A DNA stretch of 64,000 nt, taken from assembly GCA_947589105.1 (NCBI GenBank), contig CANQBL010000002.1, positions 25,698 through 89,697 of the forward strand. Direction: 5' to 3'. The number at the start of each line of letters is the position of its first letter. The first letter of the stretch is position 1. Under the pieces are notes generated by a model. That model saw only the letters and a program-made list of their open reading frames with translations, was not told the origin of the DNA and made no database searches. This stretch comes from an uncultured Bacilli bacterium (GTDB taxonomy: Bacteria; Bacillota_I; Bacilli_A; RF39; UBA660). Below, one piece after another: positions 56,223 through 64,000 of this stretch. Both the position numbers and the translations under genes were made by a program.

Positions 56223-56637
56223 AGTTGAAATATCAAGAGGAAAATACGTTGAATCACTAAATTTAAAAAAATTAGGTTTTAAAAGAATTTTAAAAAGTTT
56301 TAAATTTTCTTTCGATGGATTAAAATACGCTTATTTACATGAACAAAGTTTACTTTTACATGTAATTGTTATGACTATTATAATAGTTTGTGGTTTTGCT
56401 TTTAAAATAACACCAATTCAGTGGGTAATAACACTTGTTATGGGAGCTTTAATATTGGTTGCCGAATTATTTAATACATCAATTGAAGCAGTAGTAGATA
56501 TGGTAACGGAAGAATATCACCCCCTTGCAAAGGTTGCTAAAGATACAGCTTCTGCTGCTTGTTTTGTAGCGGACATGACGGCTTTTGGTATGTGGCTTGT
56601 TGTGTTTGTTCCAAAAATAATATCATTATTTAGGTAA
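56200..56637 (+). CDS. dgkA: Diacylglycerol/undecaprenol kinase DgkA
   Basis: DAGK_prokar: three TM helices, ELFNTSIEAVVDMVTEEYHPLAKVAKDTASAA. Confidence 0.85.
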   Translation: MASKKKVKVEISRGKYVESLNLKKLGFKRILKSFKFSFDGLKYAYLHEQSLLLHVIVMTIIIVCGFAFKITPIQWVITLVMGALILVAELFNTSIEAVVDMVTEEYHPLAKVAKDTASAACFVADMTAFGMWLVVFVPKIISLFR

Positions 56638-56642
56638 TTATA

Positions 56643-56969
56643 ATGAAAAAAATAATAACTTTTTTTAACCGAGAGCAAAATCTTTTAATACATATAATAG
56701 CAACAATAGTAGTAACAATTTTTGGTATTTATTTTAATTTAACTCTTTATGAGTGGATATTAATATATTTTGCCGTAGGTTTAGTAATATCATCAGAATT
56801 ATTAAATTCCGCAATAGAGCTTGCGGTTGATATTTTTACTAGTGAATTTAATTCTCTTGCTATGGTTGCAAAAGATACCGCTGCTGCAGCGGTTGTTATA
56901 TCAGCTTTAGTTGCGGTAGGAATAGGAATGTATGTTTTTTTTCCAAAGATAATAAGTTTAATTGGTTAG
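56643..56969 (+). CDS. Second, shorter DgkA paralog (tandem duplicate)
   Basis: ELLNSAIELAVDIFTSEFNSLAMVAKDTAAAA...FFPKIISLIG parallels the upstream dgkA (…VFVPKIISLFR). Confidence 0.75.
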   Translation: MKKIITFFNREQNLLIHIIATIVVTIFGIYFNLTLYEWILIYFAVGLVISSELLNSAIELAVDIFTSEFNSLAMVAKDTAAAAVVISALVAVGIGMYVFFPKIISLIG

Positions 56970-57032
56970 AAGCTTGCTTCTAATTTTTTTAATTAGTTTT
57001 TATATATGTTATAATTTATAAAGGAGTTAAAT

Positions 57033-57467
57033 ATGAAAATTAGAAAAAGAGAAAAAATATTAGTAAGTGCGTGTTTAGCAGGAGTTAATTGTAAATATGA
57101 TGGTACGAATAATATTAATGAAAAAATAACTGAATTTATAAAAAATAATGACGTTATATTAGTTTGTCCTGAGCAAATGGGAGGTTTAAAAACTCCTAGA
57201 TGTCCTTCAGAGTTAAACGGTAATTTTGTTATAACAAAACAAGGAAAAGACATAACAAAGCAATATTATAAAGGCGCTAATGAAGTTCTTGCAATAGCTA
57301 AAAGATATAATATAAAAAAGGCAATTTTAAAATCTAAAAGCCCATCTTGTGGTAAAAACCAAATTTACGATGGTACGTTTAGACATAAATTAAAAAAAGG
57401 AAATGGGATAACTGCCAAAATTCTTATGGAAAATGGTATTGATGTAATATCATCTGATGAAATTTAA
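57033..57467 (+). CDS. DUF523 family protein (TudS-like putative Fe-S thiouracil desulfidase fold)
   Basis: ILVSACLAGVNCKYDG..., CPEQMGGL, SKSPSCG; conserved Cys triad pattern of DUF523. Confidence 0.55.
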   Translation: MKIRKREKILVSACLAGVNCKYDGTNNINEKITEFIKNNDVILVCPEQMGGLKTPRCPSELNGNFVITKQGKDITKQYYKGANEVLAIAKRYNIKKAILKSKSPSCGKNQIYDGTFRHKLKKGNGITAKILMENGIDVISSDEI

Positions 57468-57511
57468 TAATGAATTTATGTTATAATATTGAGTAATAAG
57501 GAAGTGATTAA

Positions 57512-58406
57512 TTTGAAATCCGGTTTTGTTAGTTTAACAGGAAGGCCCAACGTAGGTAAATCAACTCTTATAAATGCTTTGGTTGGTCATAAGATAGCAA
57601 TAACGTCTAATAAGTCAGGGACAACAAGAAATAATATTCAAGGAATATATAACGATGAAGAAAGTCAAATAGTATTTGTCGATACTCCAGGAATTCACAA
57701 AGCAAAAAATAAGCTTGGTCAAAGATTAAATGAAGAAGCATATTATTCTACTTATGATGTTGATATCATACTATTTTTAGTTGATGTAACCGAAAAACTA
57801 GGTACTGGAGATAAATATATCATTGATAAATTAAAAAAACTAAATAAACCAGTTATTTTAATTCTAAATAAAATAGATAAAATAAAAAAAGAAAAGTTAT
57901 TTGAGATAATATTATCTTATAAAGATTTATATGATTTTAAGGAAATAATTCCAATATCTGCTATAAAAAATGATGGAATTAAAGAATTAATAAAAACATT
58001 AAAAAAATATTTGCCTGATACGGTTAAATATTTTCCAGATGAAGATTTAACTGATACAACTTGTGAATTTAGAGTAGCTGAATTAGTAAGAGAAAAAGTA
58101 TTAAGATTAACAAATGATGAAGTTCCGCATACGGTTACGTGCGTTGTAGATGAATATATAGATAAAAAAGATAAGGTAATTATAAGTGCAACAATTATCG
58201 TAGAAAAAGATTCAGTAAAGAGTATAATAATTGGAAAACAAGGTTCCATGTTAAAACAAATAGGAACTAAGGCGAGAATTGATATAGAAAAAATGCTCAA
58301 TAAAAAAATTTATTTAAATCTTTTTGTTAAAACTATAAAAAACTGGAGAGATAAAGAAAAATATTTAAAAGAATTTGGTTTTTATGATATAAATCAAAAA
58401 GATTAG
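57512..58406 (+). CDS. era: GTPase Era
   Basis: Start placed at the TTG after AAGGAAG (the ORF-track start 57489 is an alternative). G-motifs GRPNVGKST, DTPG and NKID, and the C-terminal KH domain (VEKDSVKSIIIGKQG). Confidence 0.9.
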
Positions 58407-58479
58407 AAAAATTATTCATATAAATAAAGTTGCATAAAAAGTAATATTGCTACCATTATATTAATGGATGGTGATTATT

Positions 58480-58596
58480 ATGACAAAAAAAGATGTATGG
58501 AACTTATTTAAAATGACGGGGAAAATAGAATATTTTATTAAGTATCAAGAAATGGTTGAGGGGAAGATTGATAAACTTGGAAATCAAAACAATTGA
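58480..58596 (+). CDS. yqzL: YqzL family small protein (38 aa; not in ORF track)
   Basis: RBS GGATGGTGA; MTKKDVWNLFKMTGKIEYFIKYQEMVE... resembles YqzL, which precedes recO in Bacilli. Confidence 0.5.
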   Translation: MTKKDVWNLFKMTGKIEYFIKYQEMVEGKIDKLGNQNN

Positions 58597-59311
58597 AGGA
58601 GTAATAATTGGTGAAAAGCCTTATGGTGAAACTAGCAAGATATTGGATATAATTACTAAAGATTTAGGTGTAATAGGAGTTATTGCAAAAGGAGCAAAAA
58701 GATTAAAAAGTCCACTTAGAAGTGTTAGCGAAAGATTTACTTATGCTAATTTTGAAATAAGTTATAAGAAGGATAAACTTTCAACGTTAATAACGGGTGA
58801 TATAATAAATCCTTTATCTAATATAAGTAAGGATATAGAAAAATTATCCTACATTAACTTTATATCTGAGTTAACAAAACAAGTTTTAAAACAATCTAAA
58901 AATAAAACTATTTATGATAATTACGTAGCAAGTATAGTTAAAATTAATAATGGGTATGATCCAATGGTTATAACTAATATCTTGGAACTTAAATATTTAG
59001 ATTTTTTAGGAGTTAGGCCAGAACTTGATTCTTGCGTTGTTTGTGGAAATCAAAAAGTTGTAACTTTATCTGTAGAAAAAGGAGGTTTTTTATGTAAAGA
59101 TCATCTTTTTGATTCTTATATAACAAATGCCAAAACTATAAAAATTATTAGAATGTTAAAATATGTTGATATATCTAAAATAAGTAAATTAGACATATCA
59201 GATATAGTAAAAAAAGAAATAAACGATTTTATTAATCAATATTATGATAGATATACCGGTTTATACCTTAAAAGTAAAAATTTTTTAAAAAATATTGTCA
59301 AGATAAAGTGA
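58577..59311 (+). CDS. recO: DNA repair protein RecO
   Basis: N-terminal OB fold and the C-terminal zinc finger CVVCGNQKV...CKDH. Start uncertain (TTG at 58577 chosen; the ORF track gives 58556). Confidence 0.8.
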   Translation: MEIKTIEGVIIGEKPYGETSKILDIITKDLGVIGVIAKGAKRLKSPLRSVSERFTYANFEISYKKDKLSTLITGDIINPLSNISKDIEKLSYINFISELTKQVLKQSKNKTIYDNYVASIVKINNGYDPMVITNILELKYLDFLGVRPELDSCVVCGNQKVVTLSVEKGGFLCKDHLFDSYITNAKTIKIIRMLKYVDISKISKLDISDIVKKEINDFINQYYDRYTGLYLKSKNFLKNIVKIK

Positions 59312-59324
59312 TTTGTGTTATAAT
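59295..59324 (+). promoter_or_regulatory. SigmaA-type promoter driving the T-box leader
   Basis: TTGTCA, 18-nt spacer, TGtTATAAT; lies within the 3' end of recO. Confidence 0.5.
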
Positions 59325-59329
59325 GTAAC

Positions 59330-59460
59330 ACGTTATATGGATGCGATGACGAAGCTTGGAAACTTCATCAGTAATACATTAAAAGTGATTCTTCTAGAAT
59401 AAGAAGGGTGGAACCGCGGGTTTTCTCGTCCCTTTGTTATCTAGAAGCTTTTTATTTATA
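59330..59460 (+). ncRNA. T-box riboswitch leader (tRNA-sensing antiterminator)
   Basis: Conserved T-box sequence AAGGGTGGAACCGCGG (59403-59420) lies inside a long terminator hairpin (CTTCTAGA...TCTAGAAG, 59391-59447) followed by CTTTTTATTT. A stem I-like hairpin lies upstream. Confidence 0.75.
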
Positions 59461-59472
59461 GGAGGTTTTGAT

Positions 59473-60159
59473 ATGAAAAAGAAAAAAAATTTAAATGAAG
59501 GATATTTATATAGAGTTCGTAAAAATGATGTAGGAGATTATTGCTATTCACCTTATAATGCAATTGAAGATATTTCTAGCAGTGCTTCGGTGGTAGGAAA
59601 ATTTTTATGTGAAAATTTCGTTTTTACAATGCAAAAAAGCGTACGTTTTTCTAAAGAAACTTGGAATAAAGAAATGGTTATATTAAAGTCTAGAGATAAC
59701 GTTCTTGAAATTGAAAAACCAATATATGATAGGTATAAAGACGATATAGATTATGTGCTAGCTTGTAACATGAATTATGCTGCTCAAAAATATTTAAGTA
59801 ATGGAAAAACAAGGATTGTCGTTACATATAATTTAAGTGGTTGCGATTATGATATTAAGGATGAACGTACTGCTTTAGGAGATTCAAGTACAATTAAAGG
59901 TTTAAATACACTTTATATTTCATATGCAAATGATTATGATATAGCATTATTTAAAAACATAATAGTTTCTTTAATAGGAGAAGATAAAGCAAGTTATAAG
60001 TTTTTAAATAGTAATGATATTTTATTTGAGGCAGGTCAAAGAAGTTTAATTCTAGATAAAAGTGCGTATAATTTATTGAATGATGTAATTAAAGAACATG
60101 AAAAAAATATAAAAGAAAAAGGTTCTGTTAAAGTTAAGCAAATGAAGTTGGAGGATTAA
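59473..60159 (+). CDS. Hypothetical protein under T-box control, translationally coupled to glyQS
   Basis: ATG after the RBS AGGAGG (the ORF-track start 59434 would lie inside the leader RNA). 228 aa, no family recognised. Stop codon is 1 nt before the glyQS ATG. Confidence 0.5.
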   Translation: MKKKKNLNEGYLYRVRKNDVGDYCYSPYNAIEDISSSASVVGKFLCENFVFTMQKSVRFSKETWNKEMVILKSRDNVLEIEKPIYDRYKDDIDYVLACNMNYAAQKYLSNGKTRIVVTYNLSGCDYDIKDERTALGDSSTIKGLNTLYISYANDYDIALFKNIIVSLIGEDKASYKFLNSNDILFEAGQRSLILDKSAYNLLNDVIKEHEKNIKEKGSVKVKQMKLED

Positions 60160-60160
60160 A

Positions 60161-61531
60161 ATGAACTATATCAACATGGAAAAAATGGTTAATCTATGCA
60201 AACAATATGGTTTTATTTATCAAGGAAGCGAGATTTATGGAGGTCTTGCTAACACTTGGGATTATGGACCACTTGGAGCTAGACTTAAAAATAATGTTAA
60301 AGATGCTTGGAGAAAAAGATTTATTCAGGAAAGAAAAAATGCATACGAATTAGATGCTGATATTTTAATGCATCCAAAAGTATGGGAAGCTTCTGGCCAT
60401 GTTGGTAGTTTTTCTGATCCGTTAATAGATTGTCGTGAGTGTAAAACAAGACACCGTGCTGATAACTTAATTAATGATTATACTAACTCTTCTAAAGCAG
60501 ATTCATTAAATGAAGAGGAAATGATGGAATTTATCAGAAAAGAAAAAATACCATGCCCTAAATGTGGTAAGTCTAATTTTACTGATATAAGACAATTTAA
60601 TTTAATGTTTGAAACCCAAAGGGGAGTAACAAATGATGGAAAAAATACGGTATATTTAAGGCCTGAAAATGCTCAAGGCGAATATGTTAATTTTTTAAAT
60701 GTTCAAAGAAGTATGAGGGCTAAGCTACCTTTTTCTATAGGACAAATAGGAAAAGCTTTTAGAAATGAAATTACTCCTGGTAATTTTACTTTTAGGACTA
60801 TAGAATTTGAACAAATGGAATACCAAACTTTTTGTAAAAAAGGTGAGGACGAAAAACTATATAACTATTTTAAAGAATATGGAAAAAAATTTTACATGGA
60901 CTTAGGTTTGCCTCTTGAAAAATTAAGATTTCATGATCACGAAAAATTAGCACATTATGCTAAGGCAGCTTGTGATATTGAATATAATTTTCCATTTGGT
61001 TGGGGAGAGATAAACGGAACACATAATCGTACTGATTTTGATCTTTCAAGGCATAAACAATATTCAGGGGTATCAACAGAATATTTAGACCCTGAAACAA
61101 ATGAAAAGTATATTCCATATATAATAGAATCAACTTATGGTTTAGATAGAACTGTATTAGCCATTTTGTTTAATTCTTACGAAAGAGAAATTTTGGAAAA
61201 TGGTGATGTAAGGGAAATAATGCATTTTAAACCATTTTTAGCGCCTTACAAGTTAGCGGTTTTGCCTCTTGTTAAGAAGTATCATGGTAAAAAAGCAAGT
61301 GAAGTATATGAATTATTATCTAAGGATTTTATGACAACTTATGATGAAACGGGTTCTATAGGTAAAAGATATAGAAGACAAGATGTTATCGGAACTCCTT
61401 GGTGTATAACTATTGACGATGAAACAATTAACAATGATATGGTAACTTTAAGAGATAGGGATACAATGCAGCAAATTTCGTTACCTCTTAAAGAAGTTAG
61501 TTCATATATAAAAGAAAGAATAAGGTTTTAA
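60161..61531 (+). CDS. glyQS: Glycine--tRNA ligase (single-chain class II, alpha2 type)
   Basis: 456 aa; class II motifs FRNEITPGNFTFRTIEFEQME and GLDRTVLAIL, plus a Zn-type Cys cluster (CRECK...CPKCG). Confidence 0.9.
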   Translation: MNYINMEKMVNLCKQYGFIYQGSEIYGGLANTWDYGPLGARLKNNVKDAWRKRFIQERKNAYELDADILMHPKVWEASGHVGSFSDPLIDCRECKTRHRADNLINDYTNSSKADSLNEEEMMEFIRKEKIPCPKCGKSNFTDIRQFNLMFETQRGVTNDGKNTVYLRPENAQGEYVNFLNVQRSMRAKLPFSIGQIGKAFRNEITPGNFTFRTIEFEQMEYQTFCKKGEDEKLYNYFKEYGKKFYMDLGLPLEKLRFHDHEKLAHYAKAACDIEYNFPFGWGEINGTHNRTDFDLSRHKQYSGVSTEYLDPETNEKYIPYIIESTYGLDRTVLAILFNSYEREILENGDVREIMHFKPFLAPYKLAVLPLVKKYHGKKASEVYELLSKDFMTTYDETGSIGKRYRRQDVIGTPWCITIDDETINNDMVTLRDRDTMQQISLPLKEVSSYIKERIRF

Positions 61532-61545
61532 AGGAGTTATCCATC

Positions 61546-62943
61546 ATGAAAAAATCTAATAAGGGAGCCAGTAAAGGCTCCTTGAAAAGACTAAAGGAAG
61601 AGATATCATCTAGTTTTAGTGATAAAGATTATGATAAAGCTAAGATTTTAAGCGATAAAGCAATTGTTTTGTTTCCAAAAAACGCATATATATATGTATC
61701 ACAAATAAAAGCTTTAACACATGATTATAATAAATATTTAGATCAAGAACAAATAAAAGAAGTAAAGAAAATTTATGAAAAAGCTTATGAATTATCGAGT
61801 AAAAATGATAGAGAATTATTAAAAAAGGAATTTGAAGATTATTTATATGATTTAAAAGAAGTTGATAATTTAAGAAGAATAAAAAAAGATATTACATCTA
61901 AAGAATTTTTAAAAAATATATATTGTGACTCTCTAACGTTTTTAAATCAAAATATTACTACTTTATTAAGTTATGGTAAAAATGGTTTAAAAATAAAAAA
62001 CGGTTACGATTTTATAAACGGTTTATTTTTATTTAGCATGCTTATATTTAATTTGACAATTCCTAATTACTTACTTATATTAACCGTTCCTTTTGGTATT
62101 TTTGGTACTATAACAATGTATAGTTTTGTTGAGATGAACTTTCTTAATAAAGGTAAATATAAATTAGAAAAAGAAGAATATCAAAAAATTAATAGTTATG
62201 CAAATGAAAAGGTAAATAATTTAAAAAAAGAAATAAATGATATAGAACAGGGTCTTTCGTTTTTAAAAGAACAAAAAAATTCTTCTACAAGTAAAATACC
62301 AGAGTTATTTTTAGAAGATATTACAGATTTGATTAATAATGATGAAAAAAAATTAGCAGATGAAATATATTCTGTGTTTTCTAGTGGAGATATTGTTAAA
62401 TTTTCAGTTTTATTAGAAAATTATACAAATTTAGAAGCGGATGAAATTATTAACCGGATAAAAAATATATTAAATAAAGAAGATGAGCTTTCTAAATATA
62501 TAAAAAATAAAATTCTAGAAAAGAAAAATAAACAAAATGAAGCCTTGTTAATGAAAAAAATAAGTAAAAAAAATTTGATAGCATTAGTAATTTCTTTGTT
62601 TATTAGTATATTTAGTATAATTATTTTAATAAATAATTTTTATAATATAAATCTTATAGCTTTTATTTTCTCAGTTATTATAGGCTTTGTATCAATGTTT
62701 ATTTATAATGTAAACACAGGAAAACATAGTAATTTTAAGGATACATTTAATGATAATTTATTATCAACGGTATTTAATTCAACACTAGTTTATGATTTGG
62801 TTTATTATAAAGTAATAAAAGGATTGCCAATAGCGTATGGATTTGTTAAAATTCCAATTATAATTACATTTATACTGATGGGATTTGTAATGTTAGCATC
62901 ATTAATAAAGTATAATTATTTATTAAAAAGATTAAGGAGTTGA
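61546..62943 (+). CDS. Hypothetical membrane protein (helical-repeat N-domain, 2+2 TM segments)
   Basis: 465 aa with a strong RBS. TPR-like N-terminal region, two TM hairpins, and a central coiled coil. Confidence 0.45.
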   Translation: MKKSNKGASKGSLKRLKEEISSSFSDKDYDKAKILSDKAIVLFPKNAYIYVSQIKALTHDYNKYLDQEQIKEVKKIYEKAYELSSKNDRELLKKEFEDYLYDLKEVDNLRRIKKDITSKEFLKNIYCDSLTFLNQNITTLLSYGKNGLKIKNGYDFINGLFLFSMLIFNLTIPNYLLILTVPFGIFGTITMYSFVEMNFLNKGKYKLEKEEYQKINSYANEKVNNLKKEINDIEQGLSFLKEQKNSSTSKIPELFLEDITDLINNDEKKLADEIYSVFSSGDIVKFSVLLENYTNLEADEIINRIKNILNKEDELSKYIKNKILEKKNKQNEALLMKKISKKNLIALVISLFISIFSIIILINNFYNINLIAFIFSVIIGFVSMFIYNVNTGKHSNFKDTFNDNLLSTVFNSTLVYDLVYYKVIKGLPIAYGFVKIPIIITFILMGFVMLASLIKYNYLLKRLRS

Positions 62944-62960
62944 ACTCCTTTTTTATTTTA
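62932..62960 (+). terminator. Rho-independent terminator
   Basis: AAGGAG-ttgaa-CTCCTT followed by TTTTATTTTA, overlapping the stop codon. Confidence 0.55.
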
Positions 62961-63004
62961 CTTTAAAAAGAAATTGAATTGAATAAAGTTTCTTAGAATA
63001 TAAA

Positions 63005-63036
63005 AAAAGTAAGATTAAATATTAATCTTACTTATT
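63005..63036 (-). terminator. Terminator of rpsD (minus strand)
   Basis: GTAAGATTA-aatat-TAATCTTAC hairpin followed on the minus strand by TTTTTTT. Confidence 0.65.
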
Positions 63037-63633
63037 ATAGAATTCAACTATCATTGATTCTTTAATATCAGCGCTAAGTTCGCTTCTTTCAGGCATACGT
63101 ATGTAAGTTCCTTGTAATTTTTTCTTATCAAATTCAACGTACTCAACGGTTTTATTAATTTTTTCTAATGATTCTAAAATAGCTTTATGATCTTTAGAAG
63201 TTTCTTTTACAGCAATAACATCTCCAGGAATAACTTGGTATGAAGGAATATCAATCTTTTTACCATTAACAGTTATATGACCATGGTTAACTATTTGACG
63301 AGCAGCCCTTCTTGTTGTAGCCATACCCATACGATATACTACGTTATCTAATCTGCTTTCAAGTAATTTAAGAAAGTTTTCACCTTGAATACCTTTCATT
63401 TTAGCTGCTTTTTCAAATGTTAATCTAAATTGCTTTTCATTAACTCCATACATTAATCTAACTTTTTGTTTTTCCATTAATTGAAGTTTGTATTCTGAAG
63501 ATTTACCACGTTTTTTGTCATTACCGTGTTGACCTGGGCCATATGGCCTTTTAGTAAGTTCTTTTCCAGTTTCTAATATAGAAAAACCTAAATGACGACT
63601 TTTCTTATATACTGGACCAGTGTATCTTGACAT
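63028..63633 (-). CDS. rpsD: 30S ribosomal protein S4
   Basis: [19 protein letters not shown]...PGQHG, the classic S4 N-terminus; 201 aa. Confidence 0.95.
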   Translation of the reverse strand: MSRYTGPVYKKSRHLGFSILETGKELTKRPYGPGQHGNDKKRGKSSEYKLQLMEKQKVRLMYGVNEKQFRLTFEKAAKMKGIQGENFLKLLESRLDNVVYRMGMATTRRAARQIVNHGHITVNGKKIDIPSYQVIPGDVIAVKETSKDHKAILESLEKINKTVEYVEFDKKKLQGTYIRMPERSELSADIKESMIVEFYNK

Positions 63634-63957
63634 ATTTTTGTCCTCCTTTATTTTTTTGTAAACTAAAGGACTTTTGCCATTTGATAGGGAGTTTATTTTA
63701 ATGTTTTCATCCTCGCAGCTTATAAGGATTACTTACATAACTAATTTGCAAACAAACACGTTATCAAATTCAAAAAGTGCTGCTTTAAAGTTTACGCGTA
63801 AATAATTATAACTAATTATATGAAAATAGTCAACTTTTATTTAATAAAAGAAGAATATTTAAAAAATAAAAAGGAGTTTTTTGATTTTATTTTTATTTAT
63901 ATGTCGCAAATTATATAATTTTATGGTAATATATTTTATATAGTAGGAGGAATTAAG

Positions 63958-64000
63958 ATGGGAGAGGGTTTATATATTGCTACAATTATCATACTTTTTA
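63958..64000 (+). CDS. 5' end of an unknown gene (partial; MGEGLYIATIIILF...)
   Basis: RBS AGGAGGAATTAAG-ATG; hydrophobic N-terminus; runs off the window. Confidence 0.3.
   Translation, partial: MGEGLYIATIIILF

Noticed and set aside
54293-58300. Minus-strand ORFs inside yqfD (54293..54550, 54818..55009), the DUF523 gene (56993..57253) and era (57917..58300)
   Set aside because: Antisense, low complexity, no translation signals.

Overview
Very AT-rich chromosomal segment (roughly a quarter G+C by eye) from a low-GC, endospore-forming Firmicute (Clostridia-like; species not identifiable from sequence alone). It is mostly core housekeeping on a co-directional backbone: an exoIII 3' end plus a tRNA cluster; the rimP-nusA-ylxR-infB-rbfA ... 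truB ... rpsO-pnp block; rnj; ftsY-ylxM-ffh; rpoZ; a sufCDSUB operon; ssb; pdp; dacF-gpsA-spoIIAA-sigF; and rpsU-yqfC-yqfD ... ybeY-dgkA ... era-yqzL-recO, a T-box leader, glyQS and rpsD. The conserved operons are visibly eroded or interrupted (no ylxQ, ribF, phoH/pgpH, cdd, rpsP, or spoIIAB; hypothetical genes sit in their places). Sporulation-related genes are scattered through the window: a SEDS protein, CotF-like and CotD-like genes, YjcZ-type micro-ORFs, DUF421, an orphan spoIIIAH, gerE, a GerM-like protein, yqfC/yqfD and a sigF-like sigma factor. The clearest accessory element is a compact bacteriocin locus inserted between a tRNA-Arg gene and rpsU: an ABC exporter with an N-terminal C39 peptidase domain followed by two unannotated double-glycine-leader peptides. 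Other points worth a second look: a SpoIIAA-SigF pair with no SpoIIAB; a membrane-anchored GNAT-kinase fusion and a 670-aa coiled-coil protein wedged into the infB-rbfA/truB operon; an internally duplicated unknown protein inside the suf operon; a T-box that precedes an unknown gene translationally coupled to glyQS; a catalytically degenerate PTS-EIIB-like membrane protein next to an orphan histidine kinase; a Cys-rich 135-aa protein; and tandem dgkA paralogs. No rRNA, CRISPR array, transposase or integrase was seen.
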